From: a virus
DNA length: 64,000 bases
Reading direction: 5' to 3' (one strand)
IMG/VR virus record: IMGVR_UViG_3300002030_000028
Shown here: one piece after another, positions 14,387 to 23,912 of the stretch
How positions within the stretch are numbered: position 1 is the first letter of the stretch
Layout of the letters: every line of letters starts with the position of its first letter
The notes under the pieces: model-generated
What the model saw: the letters and a program-made list of their open reading frames with translations, nothing else
Database searches by the model: none
What the model was told of the DNA's origin: nothing
Made by a program: the position numbers and the translations under genes

Positions 14387-14400
14387 GAAAGGTAATATCA

Positions 14401-15027
14401 ATGTTCAATAAGGAAGAAATTAAGAGCCAACTCGAGGCGTTTATCACGGCAGCGGGTATCGTTGATTTTAAGGTGAGCGCGACCCAAACGGGCACATTTG
14501 CATGCCTGTTTCAGGAGCAAGAGGATGCCGAAACAGTTAAGGGGCTTATGCCTCCAAGGTTTTCGAACAAAAGAGTCCTTTATGATCGTACAGAAAACGC
14601 ATACGTCGTGACGGGTTCATATTCTCCGCCTGTTATGAAAGAAGAAACCGTCCTTCATATAACGAACAAGACCATCACGACGGCCAAAACGGCTGACGGC
14701 GCCGAGGCGTCTGTGACGAGCATCACGGAGCATGAAGCACCGCGCACCGATCGCCTGCCCGATACGACGATTGAACAGGTCAATAAAGCTATCGTGATGG
14801 GCAATTTTCACGATATGACGGCAACGGAATTCATCATGTTGTCATCAGGCTTCAGCATCTATCCCGGCACAAAGTACCGGATACACAAGCCGCCACAGAA
14901 CTCTGAAGCCGTCATCATGTGCATGAGGCATGACATTCCCAGAATATCGCTAACGATTATTGACCTCCGCGACCCTGATATGATCTGGGGCGTGGATATG
15001 GAGAAAAATGAGATTTACCAGACATAA
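14401..15027 (+). CDS. hypothetical protein (208 aa), cistron 10
   Basis: Track ORF 14323-15027 trimmed to the ATG at 14401 (MFNKEEIKSQ) after GAAAGG. The longer version would read through HHR-I. Confidence 0.6.
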   Translation: MFNKEEIKSQLEAFITAAGIVDFKVSATQTGTFACLFQEQEDAETVKGLMPPRFSNKRVLYDRTENAYVVTGSYSPPVMKEETVLHITNKTITTAKTADGAEASVTSITEHEAPRTDRLPDTTIEQVNKAIVMGNFHDMTATEFIMLSSGFSIYPGTKYRIHKPPQNSEAVIMCMRHDIPRISLTIIDLRDPDMIWGVDMEKNEIYQT

Positions 15028-15113
15028 ACGCCTGTCTCCCTTAGCGCCCTTGTGCCGGCGAATTATTTGTGAGACGAAGGGTTATTGGTTAAGTCTTACG
15101 TAGTGACCTCCCT

Positions 15114-15140
15114 AGCCCGCCACGTGCGGGCTTTTTTTTT
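15114..15140 (+). terminator. Rho-independent terminator closing the ribozyme operon
   Basis: GCCCGC (15115-15120) pairs with GCGGGC (15126-15131), followed by nine T residues (15132-15140). Confidence 0.8.
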
Positions 15141-15148
15141 GCCGCGTT

Positions 15149-16666
15149 ATGACCCATAAGGGTGAAAACGAGGAGTTGATGTTTATGGCCAAGGGTAGCG
15201 CAAAAAGCTCAAGTACAATTCAGAAGGCTATTCTGAGCAGCCGGGGCTCATCGGGCTCTTCAAATCTTGGCGGCATTAAGAGCCGCTCGACCAGTATCAC
15301 CAAGCCCGGCGGTACGTCGGCGGTACGGCATTACGCTGGTTTCATCGCCACGCGTGAGCGAAACCCCAAGCTTCAACGCCACAAACGCTATGAAGAGTTT
15401 GGCGAGATGCTTCTCAATCAGCCCGTGGTGGCAGCGAGCGTTCGGTTATTTCTTCAAATCGTTAAAGGCATCGAGTGGAACGTTGTGCCGATCGAGGGTG
15501 ATGCGGACTCGAAACGATACGCTGAAGATCTTGAGGAGGTGATTGATAATCTCGAGAGCGGCTGGCCTCAAATTGTTCAACGTTTGTCAGCTTTCGTATA
15601 TTGGGGTTTTAGCATAAGCGAGTGGACAGCGAAGCAGCTCGAGAGCGGGATTGTGGGCTTCAGCGATATCGAGCCCCGTTCTCAACATACCATTCACCGT
15701 TGGGAAATTCAGGATACGGGGAAGATTACCGCCGTTACGCAGCTAAATCCCAACACCGGGGAAGAGCTATTGCTTGAGCGCCGGCGTCTCATATACGCGG
15801 TCGACAACAGCCTGAATGATGACCCGGAGGGGCTTGGCCTGTTTAGGCAGCTGTATTCGGCATACCGGCGTATTGAGAATTACAAGGTCATCGAGGAGAT
15901 TGGTTTTGATACCGACCTGCGCGGGGTGCCGATCGTCAAAGCGCCCCTCGAGGAGCTCAATCAAATGGTTGAGGAGGAAATCATAACGCCTGAGCGCCGT
16001 GAGGAAATCCTATCCGTGTATGAGAACTTCCTGAAAAACCATCAGCGCAAGAAGTCTCAAGGCATGATGATCGATAGTGAGACCTATCTTGATAACGATC
16101 GTAATCCTAGCAACATTCAGAAGTTTGAGATTGAGCTTCTGCGCGGCGATAGCTCAGGCATCATGACGGATTTGCAGAACGCCATTAACCGCGAGCGCAA
16201 CAACATAGCGATGATTGCGAACACGGGATTTCTGCTTCTGGGTGAAGACGGCGCGGGCTCTCTGGCCCTAAGTGAAACGAAGATGGAAACGATATTCATG
16301 TTCGTGAGCTCAACGCTTCAGGATCTGGCGTTCATTCTGAAGCGCGATATGTTCAGATCAGTGGCAAAGCTGAACGGCTGGAATGAGGCTTCGCTGCCGG
16401 ATCTCGATTACGAAAAACCGACAGTTCAGGATATCATCAAAATCACGGAGGCGCTGCGTAACACCTCGACGGCCTTTGGTCCGCTGCCCTCAACGTCTCA
16501 AACCATCAACGAAATCTTCTCAATCATGGGTCTTGAGCCTATACCGGAAGAGGAGTTTGATGCTCAGGACGACGCCCTATTGCCGGGCTTTGATGCTGGC
16601 GGCACTGGGGATCAGCTCGATATGTTCAACGAACCAAAGGAGGAGCCTGAAGATGGCGACGATTGA
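15149..16666 (+). CDS. portal protein (putative)
   Basis: 505 aa, first large gene of the morphogenesis block, acidic C-terminus. Start is uncertain (15149, 15179 or 15185). Assigned by size and position plus general resemblance, no diagnostic motif. Confidence 0.6.
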   Translation: MTHKGENEELMFMAKGSAKSSSTIQKAILSSRGSSGSSNLGGIKSRSTSITKPGGTSAVRHYAGFIATRERNPKLQRHKRYEEFGEMLLNQPVVAASVRLFLQIVKGIEWNVVPIEGDADSKRYAEDLEEVIDNLESGWPQIVQRLSAFVYWGFSISEWTAKQLESGIVGFSDIEPRSQHTIHRWEIQDTGKITAVTQLNPNTGEELLLERRRLIYAVDNSLNDDPEGLGLFRQLYSAYRRIENYKVIEEIGFDTDLRGVPIVKAPLEELNQMVEEEIITPERREEILSVYENFLKNHQRKKSQGMMIDSETYLDNDRNPSNIQKFEIELLRGDSSGIMTDLQNAINRERNNIAMIANTGFLLLGEDGAGSLALSETKMETIFMFVSSTLQDLAFILKRDMFRSVAKLNGWNEASLPDLDYEKPTVQDIIKITEALRNTSTAFGPLPSTSQTINEIFSIMGLEPIPEEEFDAQDDALLPGFDAGGTGDQLDMFNEPKEEPEDGDD

Positions 16667-17159
16667 TTTAGGCGATAACCAGTATTCCTCATATGCGACC
16701 GCTGCTGAAGCCGATACATATCTCGCGGCTGATGTGGGCTTGTCCGCGCCGTGGGCCGCGCTGAGCGATGAACAGAAGGCCCGAGCCCTCATAAGCGCCA
16801 CCCGTCACCTTGTGGGCCTCACGTGGACAGCCGGTGATGCGCCGGAGTTTACCGATATACCGGACACCGTGCGGGACGTGTGTTCAATCCTTGCCGCTAA
16901 TGTAGCGGCTGACCCGTCAATTCTCGATGGCACTTCAGGGGAGTCGAACATTCGCAAAGCCGGCGCCGGTAGCGCGCAGGTTGAGTTTTTCAGTCCGACA
17001 CGAGGCCGTATATTGCCTAAGCGTTTGACCGGTATGCTGGGAGCTCTTGTGTCGATCGGTAGGGGCGCGTCCGGTGCCGCTGGTCCGTTTGACGCCTCTG
17101 TGGGCGCCGAGCGTTGCCCCGATGGGGTTAATCTGGGCCTCATAGGCCCGCTGTCGTAA
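16653..17159 (+). CDS. head-tail adaptor-like protein (gp6/DnaT_2-like N-terminus)
   Basis: Track ORF 16383-17159 trimmed to the ATG at 16653. MATIDLGDNQYSSYATAAEADTYLAADVGLSAPWAALSDEQKARALISATRHL resembles the connector/adaptor N-terminal pattern. Confidence 0.45.
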   Translation: MATIDLGDNQYSSYATAAEADTYLAADVGLSAPWAALSDEQKARALISATRHLVGLTWTAGDAPEFTDIPDTVRDVCSILAANVAADPSILDGTSGESNIRKAGAGSAQVEFFSPTRGRILPKRLTGMLGALVSIGRGASGAAGPFDASVGAERCPDGVNLGLIGPLS

Positions 17160-17169
17160 GGGGTTTGTC

Positions 17170-17583
17170 ATGGGTAACAATCTATTTGGTGCGAATATTT
17201 CGGGCGTTATCGCGAATGCGCTGGGCTCAGGTGGGCCGGCGCCATTGTTGGGCTTGACGTTGACGCAGTTTACCGAGCGCCCAAACCCCGCGCGGGCTTT
17301 GGGTAAACCCCTGAAGACCCCGACGCCATATACCTCGAGCGGTATCGAGGACCAATTCAGCAAGCGTGAGCGTGAGAGGCCAGAGATCCAATCAAACGAT
17401 GTGAAGATATTGGTACTCGGTGACCCGCTAGGTAACGACGCAGATGGTAATCCCGTTGTCCCCCAAGAGGGCGATACGATTGTTTTCACCGATGGCGTAA
17501 CTGCCGGCAAGGTGTATAACGTTCAGGACTTACTTGAGCGCGACCCCGATGCCGCGACATATCTGGTTCACGCGAGGCCTTAA
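17170..17583 (+). CDS. hypothetical structural-module protein (137 aa)
   Basis: ORF track entry, tightly packed within the module. Confidence 0.5.
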   Translation: MGNNLFGANISGVIANALGSGGPAPLLGLTLTQFTERPNPARALGKPLKTPTPYTSSGIEDQFSKRERERPEIQSNDVKILVLGDPLGNDADGNPVVPQEGDTIVFTDGVTAGKVYNVQDLLERDPDAATYLVHARP

Positions 17584-18564
17584 ATGCTTGAAGAGAAGCA
17601 ATTCAGAAGAATACTCAATCGTCAAGAAAGACGAATTAGACGTGTATTCACATTGGCTCTTGAGGAGTACAAAGATAATCTTAATCTATCTCAAATAATA
17701 CGCTCTCTTGAGGCTGGTAATATACCACAAGCTTTAGTTGAGGTTGAAACTGTAGCCCGAACAGTGACCTCAGCATCGCAGCAAGCTTTTATCTCAACCG
17801 CACAGGCAATAACAGCTTCTATTCCCACCACTCAAATTGCATTTAATGTTGTTAACGATCAGGCCGTATCTGTTCTTAGAACAAATGATCTTCGCTTCGT
17901 TCGTAACTTCACCGAGCAGCAAATAGCCGCCACGAGATTGGCCTTAACTGAGGGCGTAAGGGAGGGCCTCGGGCCGCGCGCGCTTGCGCGATCGTTTCGG
18001 GATAGCATTGGTTTGACAGAAAAGGGGGAGGCATCAGTTCGTAATTATCGAAGACTTCTTCAGCGCATAGGACAAGATGATATTCCAAAAAAGATCCAGC
18101 GTGAATCTTTATCTAGAGCCCTGCGTGACCGAAGAAGTGATAGCCTATTGAGGAGGCTTGTAAGAGAAGAAAAGAGCCTTACAGCAGCTGAGATTGATCG
18201 TATGGTTGGGCTCTATCGTGACCGGGCGATTAAGCATAGAGCCTTAACAATCGCTCGAACTGAAGCGCTATCAAGCGTTCATCAAGGCCAAGAAAACGCA
18301 ATTCGGGAGGCTATCCAAAATGGAAAACTCAATCATGAAACCCTTGTATCCGAGTGGCTAACCCGTGTTGATGGTCGTGAACGTGAGTGGCATGAGGCCC
18401 TGAATGGCGTGATGGTTCCTTACGGCACAGCCTTTGAAAACGAAAAGGGCCTCATCATGCACCCCGGTGATAGATCAGCCTCGGCGGAGAATATCATAAA
18501 TTGCAGATGTGTTCGCACAATACGGATACGCAGTCAGGCTTTTGTCGAGCGTCTCGCGGCATAG
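17584..18564 (+). CDS. head morphogenesis protein, SPP1 gp7 / Mu F family
   Basis: 326 aa. C-terminal ...SAENIINCRCV... matches the conserved NCRC signature of this family. Lies downstream of the portal gene. Confidence 0.7.
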   Translation: MLEEKQFRRILNRQERRIRRVFTLALEEYKDNLNLSQIIRSLEAGNIPQALVEVETVARTVTSASQQAFISTAQAITASIPTTQIAFNVVNDQAVSVLRTNDLRFVRNFTEQQIAATRLALTEGVREGLGPRALARSFRDSIGLTEKGEASVRNYRRLLQRIGQDDIPKKIQRESLSRALRDRRSDSLLRRLVREEKSLTAAEIDRMVGLYRDRAIKHRALTIARTEALSSVHQGQENAIREAIQNGKLNHETLVSEWLTRVDGREREWHEALNGVMVPYGTAFENEKGLIMHPGDRSASAENIINCRCVRTIRIRSQAFVERLAA

Positions 18565-18619
18565 CGAATTATTTACACACCAAGCTCGCTGACATACAGG
18601 TCAATAAAGGAGACCTGTC

Positions 18620-18937
18620 ATGGAATTTAAGCGCGGCGATAGTTTTGACTTCAGCGGACCCGTAACGATCAAGAACGCTGACGGCGCCGAGGTCACTGAT
18701 CTGACGGGCTGGACGGCAACATCACAGATTCGGGATAAGGATGGCGAGCTCATATCTGACCTCGAGGTGACGATCACGGACCCCGCAACGCGGAAAATAC
18801 GTGTTCGCGCTACCGGCTCAACATCTGATTGGACCCTCGGGAGGGCCTTTACGGATATTCAATTCCTCAGTCCTGATGGGATTATTTCATCAACCCAAAC
18901 CCGAGAGTTTGAAATCACAGAAGGGCCTACGCGATAG
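18620..18937 (+). CDS. hypothetical protein (105 aa), beta-rich
   Basis: ORF track entry. AAAGGAG SD. Confidence 0.5.
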   Translation: MEFKRGDSFDFSGPVTIKNADGAEVTDLTGWTATSQIRDKDGELISDLEVTITDPATRKIRVRATGSTSDWTLGRAFTDIQFLSPDGIISSTQTREFEITEGPTR

Positions 18938-19435
18938 ATGCCTTTGAGACCCGCATACCGTGTTTCGGCTTATCTGATCAGTAACGCTCTGGGGGAAATT
19001 GACCTTCAATCCTCGGGCGCACAGATAAGCGCAAACCTCAGACTGACCTCGTTATTTGACGATGACGTGGTTCCGGGCACGCCGTCAGGGGGCGGTGGGG
19101 GCGATGTAACGTCAGATCAGTTGGCCGCGCTACTGTATGGAACCGACGGCACTGATGGCGTTCTGCGTCTCAGCTCGGGCTTGAGCTTTCAGTTTGATGA
19201 GCAGAACAATTTCTTCACTATCGTTTTGCGAAGCCCGTTCCTACCCGTACCTACCGAGATTGATGAGACCGGCGATACGTTCTTTTATTTCGGTTGGCAG
19301 GACGGTGATTTCTGGCGTGTCGAGCGTCAGGTTAGAGCAACATCTCAACGCCAGCTTGCCATGATGGATAATAACCCATCATATGATGATTTAGATGAAG
19401 CTTGGCCTGATCGCTTCATTCTGACATATGAATAA
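18938..19435 (+). CDS. hypothetical protein (165 aa)
   Basis: ORF track entry. Starts at the base after the upstream stop. Confidence 0.5.
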   Translation: MPLRPAYRVSAYLISNALGEIDLQSSGAQISANLRLTSLFDDDVVPGTPSGGGGGDVTSDQLAALLYGTDGTDGVLRLSSGLSFQFDEQNNFFTIVLRSPFLPVPTEIDETGDTFFYFGWQDGDFWRVERQVRATSQRQLAMMDNNPSYDDLDEAWPDRFILTYE

Positions 19436-19447
19436 TGTGAGGTAAAA

Positions 19448-19678
19448 ATGACACAGAAATGCGATCAATGCTCCCGCGAGACAGATACGTATTATACCCT
19501 TAAGATGGATTTTTTCATTAGTGAGGATAAGCAGCCAAATCAAAACGAATATCCAAAAAAGCAAACAGTGTGCGGGCCAAAATGCGCGCGCATCGCGGCG
19601 GCTAATATCGCTTATGCTTATGAAGCGCAACCTGATGCTGATGCCAAAGCGAAAGCACGCGCGAAAGATAAAGGTTAA
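19448..19678 (+). CDS. hypothetical protein (76 aa)
   Basis: ORF track entry. Confidence 0.45.
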   Translation: MTQKCDQCSRETDTYYTLKMDFFISEDKQPNQNEYPKKQTVCGPKCARIAAANIAYAYEAQPDADAKAKARAKDKG

Positions 19679-19683
19679 GCGAG

Positions 19684-22377
19684 ATGTCGTTTAATATTAG
19701 CTTTAATACTGGCAATCGCGCTGAAATGAATTCGGCATTCACATTTGTCGATAGAAGTGGTGCCGTTCAACCGGACCTGTCTGATGATGGGGTTCAGGGT
19801 GATCTTGATTTCGGTGATGGGACTACTGCTTCAGGTAATACTGGACCAACCGTCAATCCCGCTGGATTTAATGGTTACATCTACAGTGAAGCATCAGGCG
19901 GTGGTACTCCAGCATCATCTACTTGGTGTATGGCTCTTGATGCAGGTCAGCCTGTTGTTGCTGGCGAAGAAGTAACGATTGAATTTCAAGCCTCCTTAGA
20001 CGGGCTGGCGGGGTCTGAATTAATTGTAGAATACGCGCCAGCCGGGACAGCAATCACGGGAAACGCTGGATGGGTTAATATTGCAAATATTCCCGCGACT
20101 GATGGGAATGGTGCCTTTGTGGCGCAATCATTCACGTTCACGGCCATTACCACTGGCTCAACAGTTTTCCGTATTCGTTGGAACACGACGGGTAATTTTG
20201 CAAACGATTTAGCGGTTGGCGGCACTTTGAGTATTGTAAGTGTTTCGACGGTTATTGGCGCAGCGCCAGAGATCACGCTTTCAGGTGATGCAAATATTAT
20301 TCTGCAGCGCGGTGACGTTTACACAGATCCGGGCTTTAGCGCTATGGATGCAGAGGATGGTGATTTAACTGCTAACGTTGTTGTGGGTGGCGATACGGTT
20401 GATGTCGATAATTTCGGAACTTACGAGGTCACATATACAGTAACGGATGCTGATAGTAATACTGTCACGGTTTCACGCTTTGTAAGCGTAAGTCCGTATT
20501 TGTTTATAACAGATCCGTTTGTCGGTCCTTTTCCAAGCGGTCCAAGCACATGGACTCTTAACGGCAACCAGATCGTTCAAACCGGCTCAGGTACGCTTGA
20601 AGGCATGGACGCAATTGCAGGAGTTCAGCTTTGCGAAATAGACGGAAAAAGGGTCTATGACGTACAGGACGGAAACCGAGAAGTCATTGTTGAAGGAACA
20701 CTATTTATTGACCCGGAAGAGGAGCAACTTCTTAATGGGTATGATGGAACCACTGATTTATTTCAGGTCGTTAATAACGGTCATCTCATTATTGGTAGGT
20801 TCATAGATCAGAATGGATTTCGCAGACACAGTTCCGGCACGGCTATAGACTTTGAAAACACCAATACCGTTGGAGCATTTATTGATCGGGTTTCATTTCG
20901 TGACAATGCTAGGTTTGACTGGTTCGGTGGAACTATCGCGCTAGAAGGCGGAAAGTTTGGGTTCTATGATGATAACGTTACGGTTAGAATATATAGCCTT
21001 GAAGCTCGGTTAATTTTTAGAACGCAAGATGTTCAAAACCAGATACGGCAAGAGACTGATGATTTCATCTCTGAACAATTAGACTTTATCAATGGTGAGC
21101 TAACTATCGTTGGGGTGGACCAACAATTAAACGGATACCGACCTACACATTGCACTGGCGCATTAGCTTTTTCGAGCGCTACGCCGAATGTTGACGTGCC
21201 GATAAGAAACTATGCCGGGGGCGGGCGCGGAAACGTCATAGACGTGAAGCACTGGCAAGGTTCCAGACCATTTCTGATCAACTCAGAAACTGGATCAGAT
21301 CTGAATACAGGTCCGCACATCGCAGGAAATAATTTGTCCTTTGGCGCGGCCCGTGTCGAGCAAGAAATAGTCGTACAGCTTCAAGATCAGGCAAATAACG
21401 CGATTGCGGGCGCGTCCATATTCATCAGAGATGCGAACCACGGTAATCGTAGAACTTATACTCAGGAGGGTAATAATTTTAATCAACTTGCCGATAATGT
21501 TTATTTCGAGACTACGAGTTTAGGTGGTTCAAGCCCTACGCTTTCTGTTCGACTCGCTAACTGTTTTGCTTCGCAAGCGGTCGGATCAGCTAATGATCCT
21601 GTGAATACAGGAAGGTACACATGGGATCGCCGGGGAAAAACAAATGACGGACAAGACTTATTTGATATTCACGTCTGGGCATATGAGTTTATTTATCAAC
21701 CTTTCGCTGACGCTGTTCTGAAAGGCGCGAACGGACTTTCATTGTCTCAACGCATGTCCACCGATGCTTTGGTTACGAACCCTGATAGGACAGCCGTGGT
21801 TGCCTATACGGTTCTTGAAACCCCGCAAAAAGCTTATGATTATGTTAAGCAGTGGAAGTTAGAACAGGCGAATATAGAGCTGCCGACAATCGAGACCTTG
21901 CCGCTCACTCGCGAAGGAGACTTGATTGATGCCGGAAGCTTTGATGTTGACTTAGTTGATACCGGTCCGCCTTTTGCGCTCGCGGGAAGCACGTTGACGA
22001 TCAATACAGGTCCAACTTTCACCGGATCGATTATTACAACGGGCATTGTAACAAACCCTGATGTTTCTGTGGTTGGTCTTGTGACGGATGCTAATGGCCA
22101 GCGATCAACAGTCAGTATTGATTTCACAACAATTGTGCCGGGTTCTCGGTTGCTAGTGCAAGCCTTGTCCGGCGGGCCTCTTGCTGAAGGTTCTGTAATT
22201 TTCAATGATATCGTTACCGGGTCGAATGAATCTATTCCTTTCGCATTTGCTGGAAATCAGCCCATCATTGTTCGAGTGAGAAACTCTTCTAATGAGCCAT
22301 TTTATCAACCATTTATCGCGTCAGGCACAATCACAAGCTCAGGCTTTTCGTTATCTGTAAATCAAATCCTTGATTAA
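19684..22377 (+). CDS. large virion-associated/adhesin-like protein with Ig-like (DUF5011/HYR-type) domain
   Basis: 897 aa. PEITLSGDANIILQRGDVYTDPGFSAMDAEDGDLTANVVVGGDTVDVDNFGTYEVTYTVTDADSNTVTVSRFVSV fits the bacterial Ig-like repeat consensus. Remainder is beta-rich. Confidence 0.55.
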   Translation: MSFNISFNTGNRAEMNSAFTFVDRSGAVQPDLSDDGVQGDLDFGDGTTASGNTGPTVNPAGFNGYIYSEASGGGTPASSTWCMALDAGQPVVAGEEVTIEFQASLDGLAGSELIVEYAPAGTAITGNAGWVNIANIPATDGNGAFVAQSFTFTAITTGSTVFRIRWNTTGNFANDLAVGGTLSIVSVSTVIGAAPEITLSGDANIILQRGDVYTDPGFSAMDAEDGDLTANVVVGGDTVDVDNFGTYEVTYTVTDADSNTVTVSRFVSVSPYLFITDPFVGPFPSGPSTWTLNGNQIVQTGSGTLEGMDAIAGVQLCEIDGKRVYDVQDGNREVIVEGTLFIDPEEEQLLNGYDGTTDLFQVVNNGHLIIGRFIDQNGFRRHSSGTAIDFENTNTVGAFIDRVSFRDNARFDWFGGTIALEGGKFGFYDDNVTVRIYSLEARLIFRTQDVQNQIRQETDDFISEQLDFINGELTIVGVDQQLNGYRPTHCTGALAFSSATPNVDVPIRNYAGGGRGNVIDVKHWQGSRPFLINSETGSDLNTGPHIAGNNLSFGAARVEQEIVVQLQDQANNAIAGASIFIRDANHGNRRTYTQEGNNFNQLADNVYFETTSLGGSSPTLSVRLANCFASQAVGSANDPVNTGRYTWDRRGKTNDGQDLFDIHVWAYEFIYQPFADAVLKGANGLSLSQRMSTDALVTNPDRTAVVAYTVLETPQKAYDYVKQWKLEQANIELPTIETLPLTREGDLIDAGSFDVDLVDTGPPFALAGSTLTINTGPTFTGSIITTGIVTNPDVSVVGLVTDANGQRSTVSIDFTTIVPGSRLLVQALSGGPLAEGSVIFNDIVTGSNESIPFAFAGNQPIIVRVRNSSNEPFYQPFIASGTITSSGFSLSVNQILD

Positions 22378-22452
22378 CTGATGGGGGATTGTGCGAGGTC
22401 TTTGCCTTTGTTACAGGCAAATTAAGCACTTCACCCTAAGAGGATTTGACGA

Positions 22453-23904
22453 ATGGCATTTTTTGACGATTTCAGCATCACACAAAACGGTGCCGCGTAT
22501 GACTTGAGACACGTGAGCGGGACCACGCGATACAGCGTTCTGGAGGCATATCGAGCTATTCAGGCGCTCGCTGATGACGAGACCGCGGCCAGCGACGATT
22601 TCAACGATATCTTGCAACCAAACCTTGCCACACGTCAGACGGACCAAGCGATCACGTTCATCAACGGATTGAACATCGATGACGCTTCAGCGCAATTCAT
22701 ATTCGGTGGCTCTATTACACAAGCGGGCGGTGACGAACGTTACTCAGGCATTGACCTTCAGTTCCTTGTGCAGCCATTCACCGCTAACGTTTATATGGAC
22801 CAAGGCGGCTCGCGTGTTGATCTTCCGGTTCCGAGCGGTAACTCGATTACGAATAGCTTGGCGTTCTTGGTCAATGTTCGTTCAGGTGGAACCGATATCG
22901 CGAACGGCGACATTCGCTTTTACACGCGCGACCTTGGCAATGTTTATTCTGACTTGGCGGTTAATGTTGCCGCCGGTGGCCAAACAACGGTCTTCTTGGG
23001 GCCGGGTCAGGATTCTAACGTAGATGCTGCTGATGGGACAACTTACGCAGCTGTGCTGGCCGACCTCACCGTTGAGACTGGCTCATTCACAAATAACGCC
23101 AACAATGGAAATGGCTCTCAGAACTATGACGTCCGTGTCACCGTGGCGGGGGGACGCTCGCCGGTCGAGGTCTATCAGGCGCTTCAATATCTCACGCGGG
23201 ATGGATCAGCAGAGCTCGTGGGCGGCGTCGGTGGTCTCGCGGGGCAATTCTATCGCCTTGCTGACCCGACATATACGCCGATTCCGGGCTCTCCTCTGGC
23301 CACCTTCGCGGGCGGTAACATCACCGGTGCGCAGGGCGTATTCTTCACCGGATTTGATGCCGAGTTTGCTCAAAACTTTATCGGTCGTGATGCCAACAAT
23401 ACCGCGCAGACGCCTCCGAATACCGTGCCGGTCAGCATGACTGGTGTGGTAACGGGTGACCGGATTGGTATCTACAGAACCGCAACGCTTGGTGGTCCTA
23501 TTCAAACGGATGAGTTTACCCTTGCGGCTGACAACCTGACCGGCGAAAGCGTTCTCGAAGTGACGACAACCATCGGCCCTGATCACCCCCAATCGGGTAT
23601 CGTTAGGGTTCAGGATGGGAACCGCTTCCTTGCTCTGGCCTATGACAGTTTCTCCGGATCTGCATTCAACTTATCGGCGCCACTCGCTCAGGATTTGGTC
23701 GATGGAGCTGATGCATTTGTGCCATTCCTCGATGAGCTCGCAGCGGCTGACGGTACGGCCTCAACGACAATCATTCAGACCGCGCCTATCTTCGTGCTGT
23801 CTCGTTTGAGAAATGGTGGCCAGAACATTGTACCTTTCCAAGTTCCGGGTACTATCGGCCCAGCGGGTATTTCGGTATCAGCTATTAGAAACTCGGATGC
23901 TTAA
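22453..23904 (+). CDS. hypothetical structural protein (483 aa)
   Basis: ORF track entry. Gly/Thr/Ala-rich and beta-rich composition. Confidence 0.5.
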   Translation: MAFFDDFSITQNGAAYDLRHVSGTTRYSVLEAYRAIQALADDETAASDDFNDILQPNLATRQTDQAITFINGLNIDDASAQFIFGGSITQAGGDERYSGIDLQFLVQPFTANVYMDQGGSRVDLPVPSGNSITNSLAFLVNVRSGGTDIANGDIRFYTRDLGNVYSDLAVNVAAGGQTTVFLGPGQDSNVDAADGTTYAAVLADLTVETGSFTNNANNGNGSQNYDVRVTVAGGRSPVEVYQALQYLTRDGSAELVGGVGGLAGQFYRLADPTYTPIPGSPLATFAGGNITGAQGVFFTGFDAEFAQNFIGRDANNTAQTPPNTVPVSMTGVVTGDRIGIYRTATLGGPIQTDEFTLAADNLTGESVLEVTTTIGPDHPQSGIVRVQDGNRFLALAYDSFSGSAFNLSAPLAQDLVDGADAFVPFLDELAAADGTASTTIIQTAPIFVLSRLRNGGQNIVPFQVPGTIGPAGISVSAIRNSDA

Positions 23905-23912
23905 ACGGATGA

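Noticed and set aside
14323-14400. 5' extension of the 14323-15027 ORF
   Set aside because: It would be translated through HHR-I. The ATG at 14401 follows the same pseudoknot-SD layout as every other cistron.
11202-14495. Minus-strand track ORFs across the ribozyme operon (11202-11441, 11481-11690, 11866-12072, 12005-12220, 12665-12988, 13194-13496, 13812-14111, 14292-14495)
   Set aside because: They run antisense through the conserved ribozyme cores and through plus-strand genes that have SD sequences. They have no RBS and are antisense reading-frame artefacts.
16383-16652. N-terminal extension of the adaptor-like ORF, overlapping the portal C-terminus
   Set aside because: This Arg/Ser-rich out-of-frame read lies over the portal gene. 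The ATG at 16653 gives the conserved N-terminus.
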